Shown in pieces: positions 61,001 to 61,312 of a stretch of 61,312 nt of DNA (positions within the stretch are counted from its first letter, which is position 1; every line of letters begins with the position of its first letter). The stretch spans positions 1-61,312 of the forward strand of contig NKIB01013244.1 in NCBI GenBank assembly GCA_002256025.1, in the 5' to 3' direction. The stretch is from Asterionella formosa (Eukaryota). The position numbers and the translations under genes are program-made. The notes under the pieces were generated by a model. That model made no database searches. It saw only the letters and a program-made list of their open reading frames with translations, and had not been told where the DNA came from.

Positions 61001-61312
61001 GCAATCGGCATCATTGGCAACACAATGCAACATTATGAAGATTTTGAAAGGAAAAGAAGAAATAACAGGAAAACCCTGGAAATTACAGCCAATCAACAAC
61101 TCTAATTATGAATGCAACAATGAGGAAATTGCTGCGCTCTCTCCAATAATGGGCTGTTCGAAGTAAAGCTTGCCAAAGCCAGACAAATGCCACTACAATA
61201 TAGGAATGGAAAGGTGTAACAGCAGAAAATCCAAGAAGATTTCTCATTTGCGATGATATTGAAAGAACAAAACTAAGGTAATCAAGTCAAGCATGTGTAC
61301 ATTGGGGGGGGG

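Overview
Eukaryotic nuclear DNA, almost certainly from a diatom. Evidence: short 70-185 bp GT-AG introns, bipartite signal+'AF' plastid-targeting peptides, and diatom-typical gene families. About 17 intact genes sit as CpG-rich islands: class-3 lipase, TPR protein, NDUFA2/B8-like, organellar TrpRS, GatC-like, C2H2 protein, a fucosyltransferase-like gene (its inverted paralogue carries a stop), LRR, GT61, CRAL-TRIO, CadD-like, SpoU/TrmH and two AT-hook proteins, among others. Between them lies CpG-depleted transposon debris (LINE, DD39D-type mariner with both TIRs, Tc1/IS630-like, PIF/Harbinger, possible Plavaka). Most notable: (1) two tRNA-headed, highly structured SINE-like elements share a 5' head, and one has a 15-bp TSD with its empty site preserved in an adjacent tandem repeat; (2) pervasive intergenic TA-C(N)nG-TA words (TACCGGTA, TACCWGGTA arrays) look like accumulated Tc1/mariner excision footprints and directly flank the mariner element. 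All family calls are from motif recognition by eye; no searches were run.
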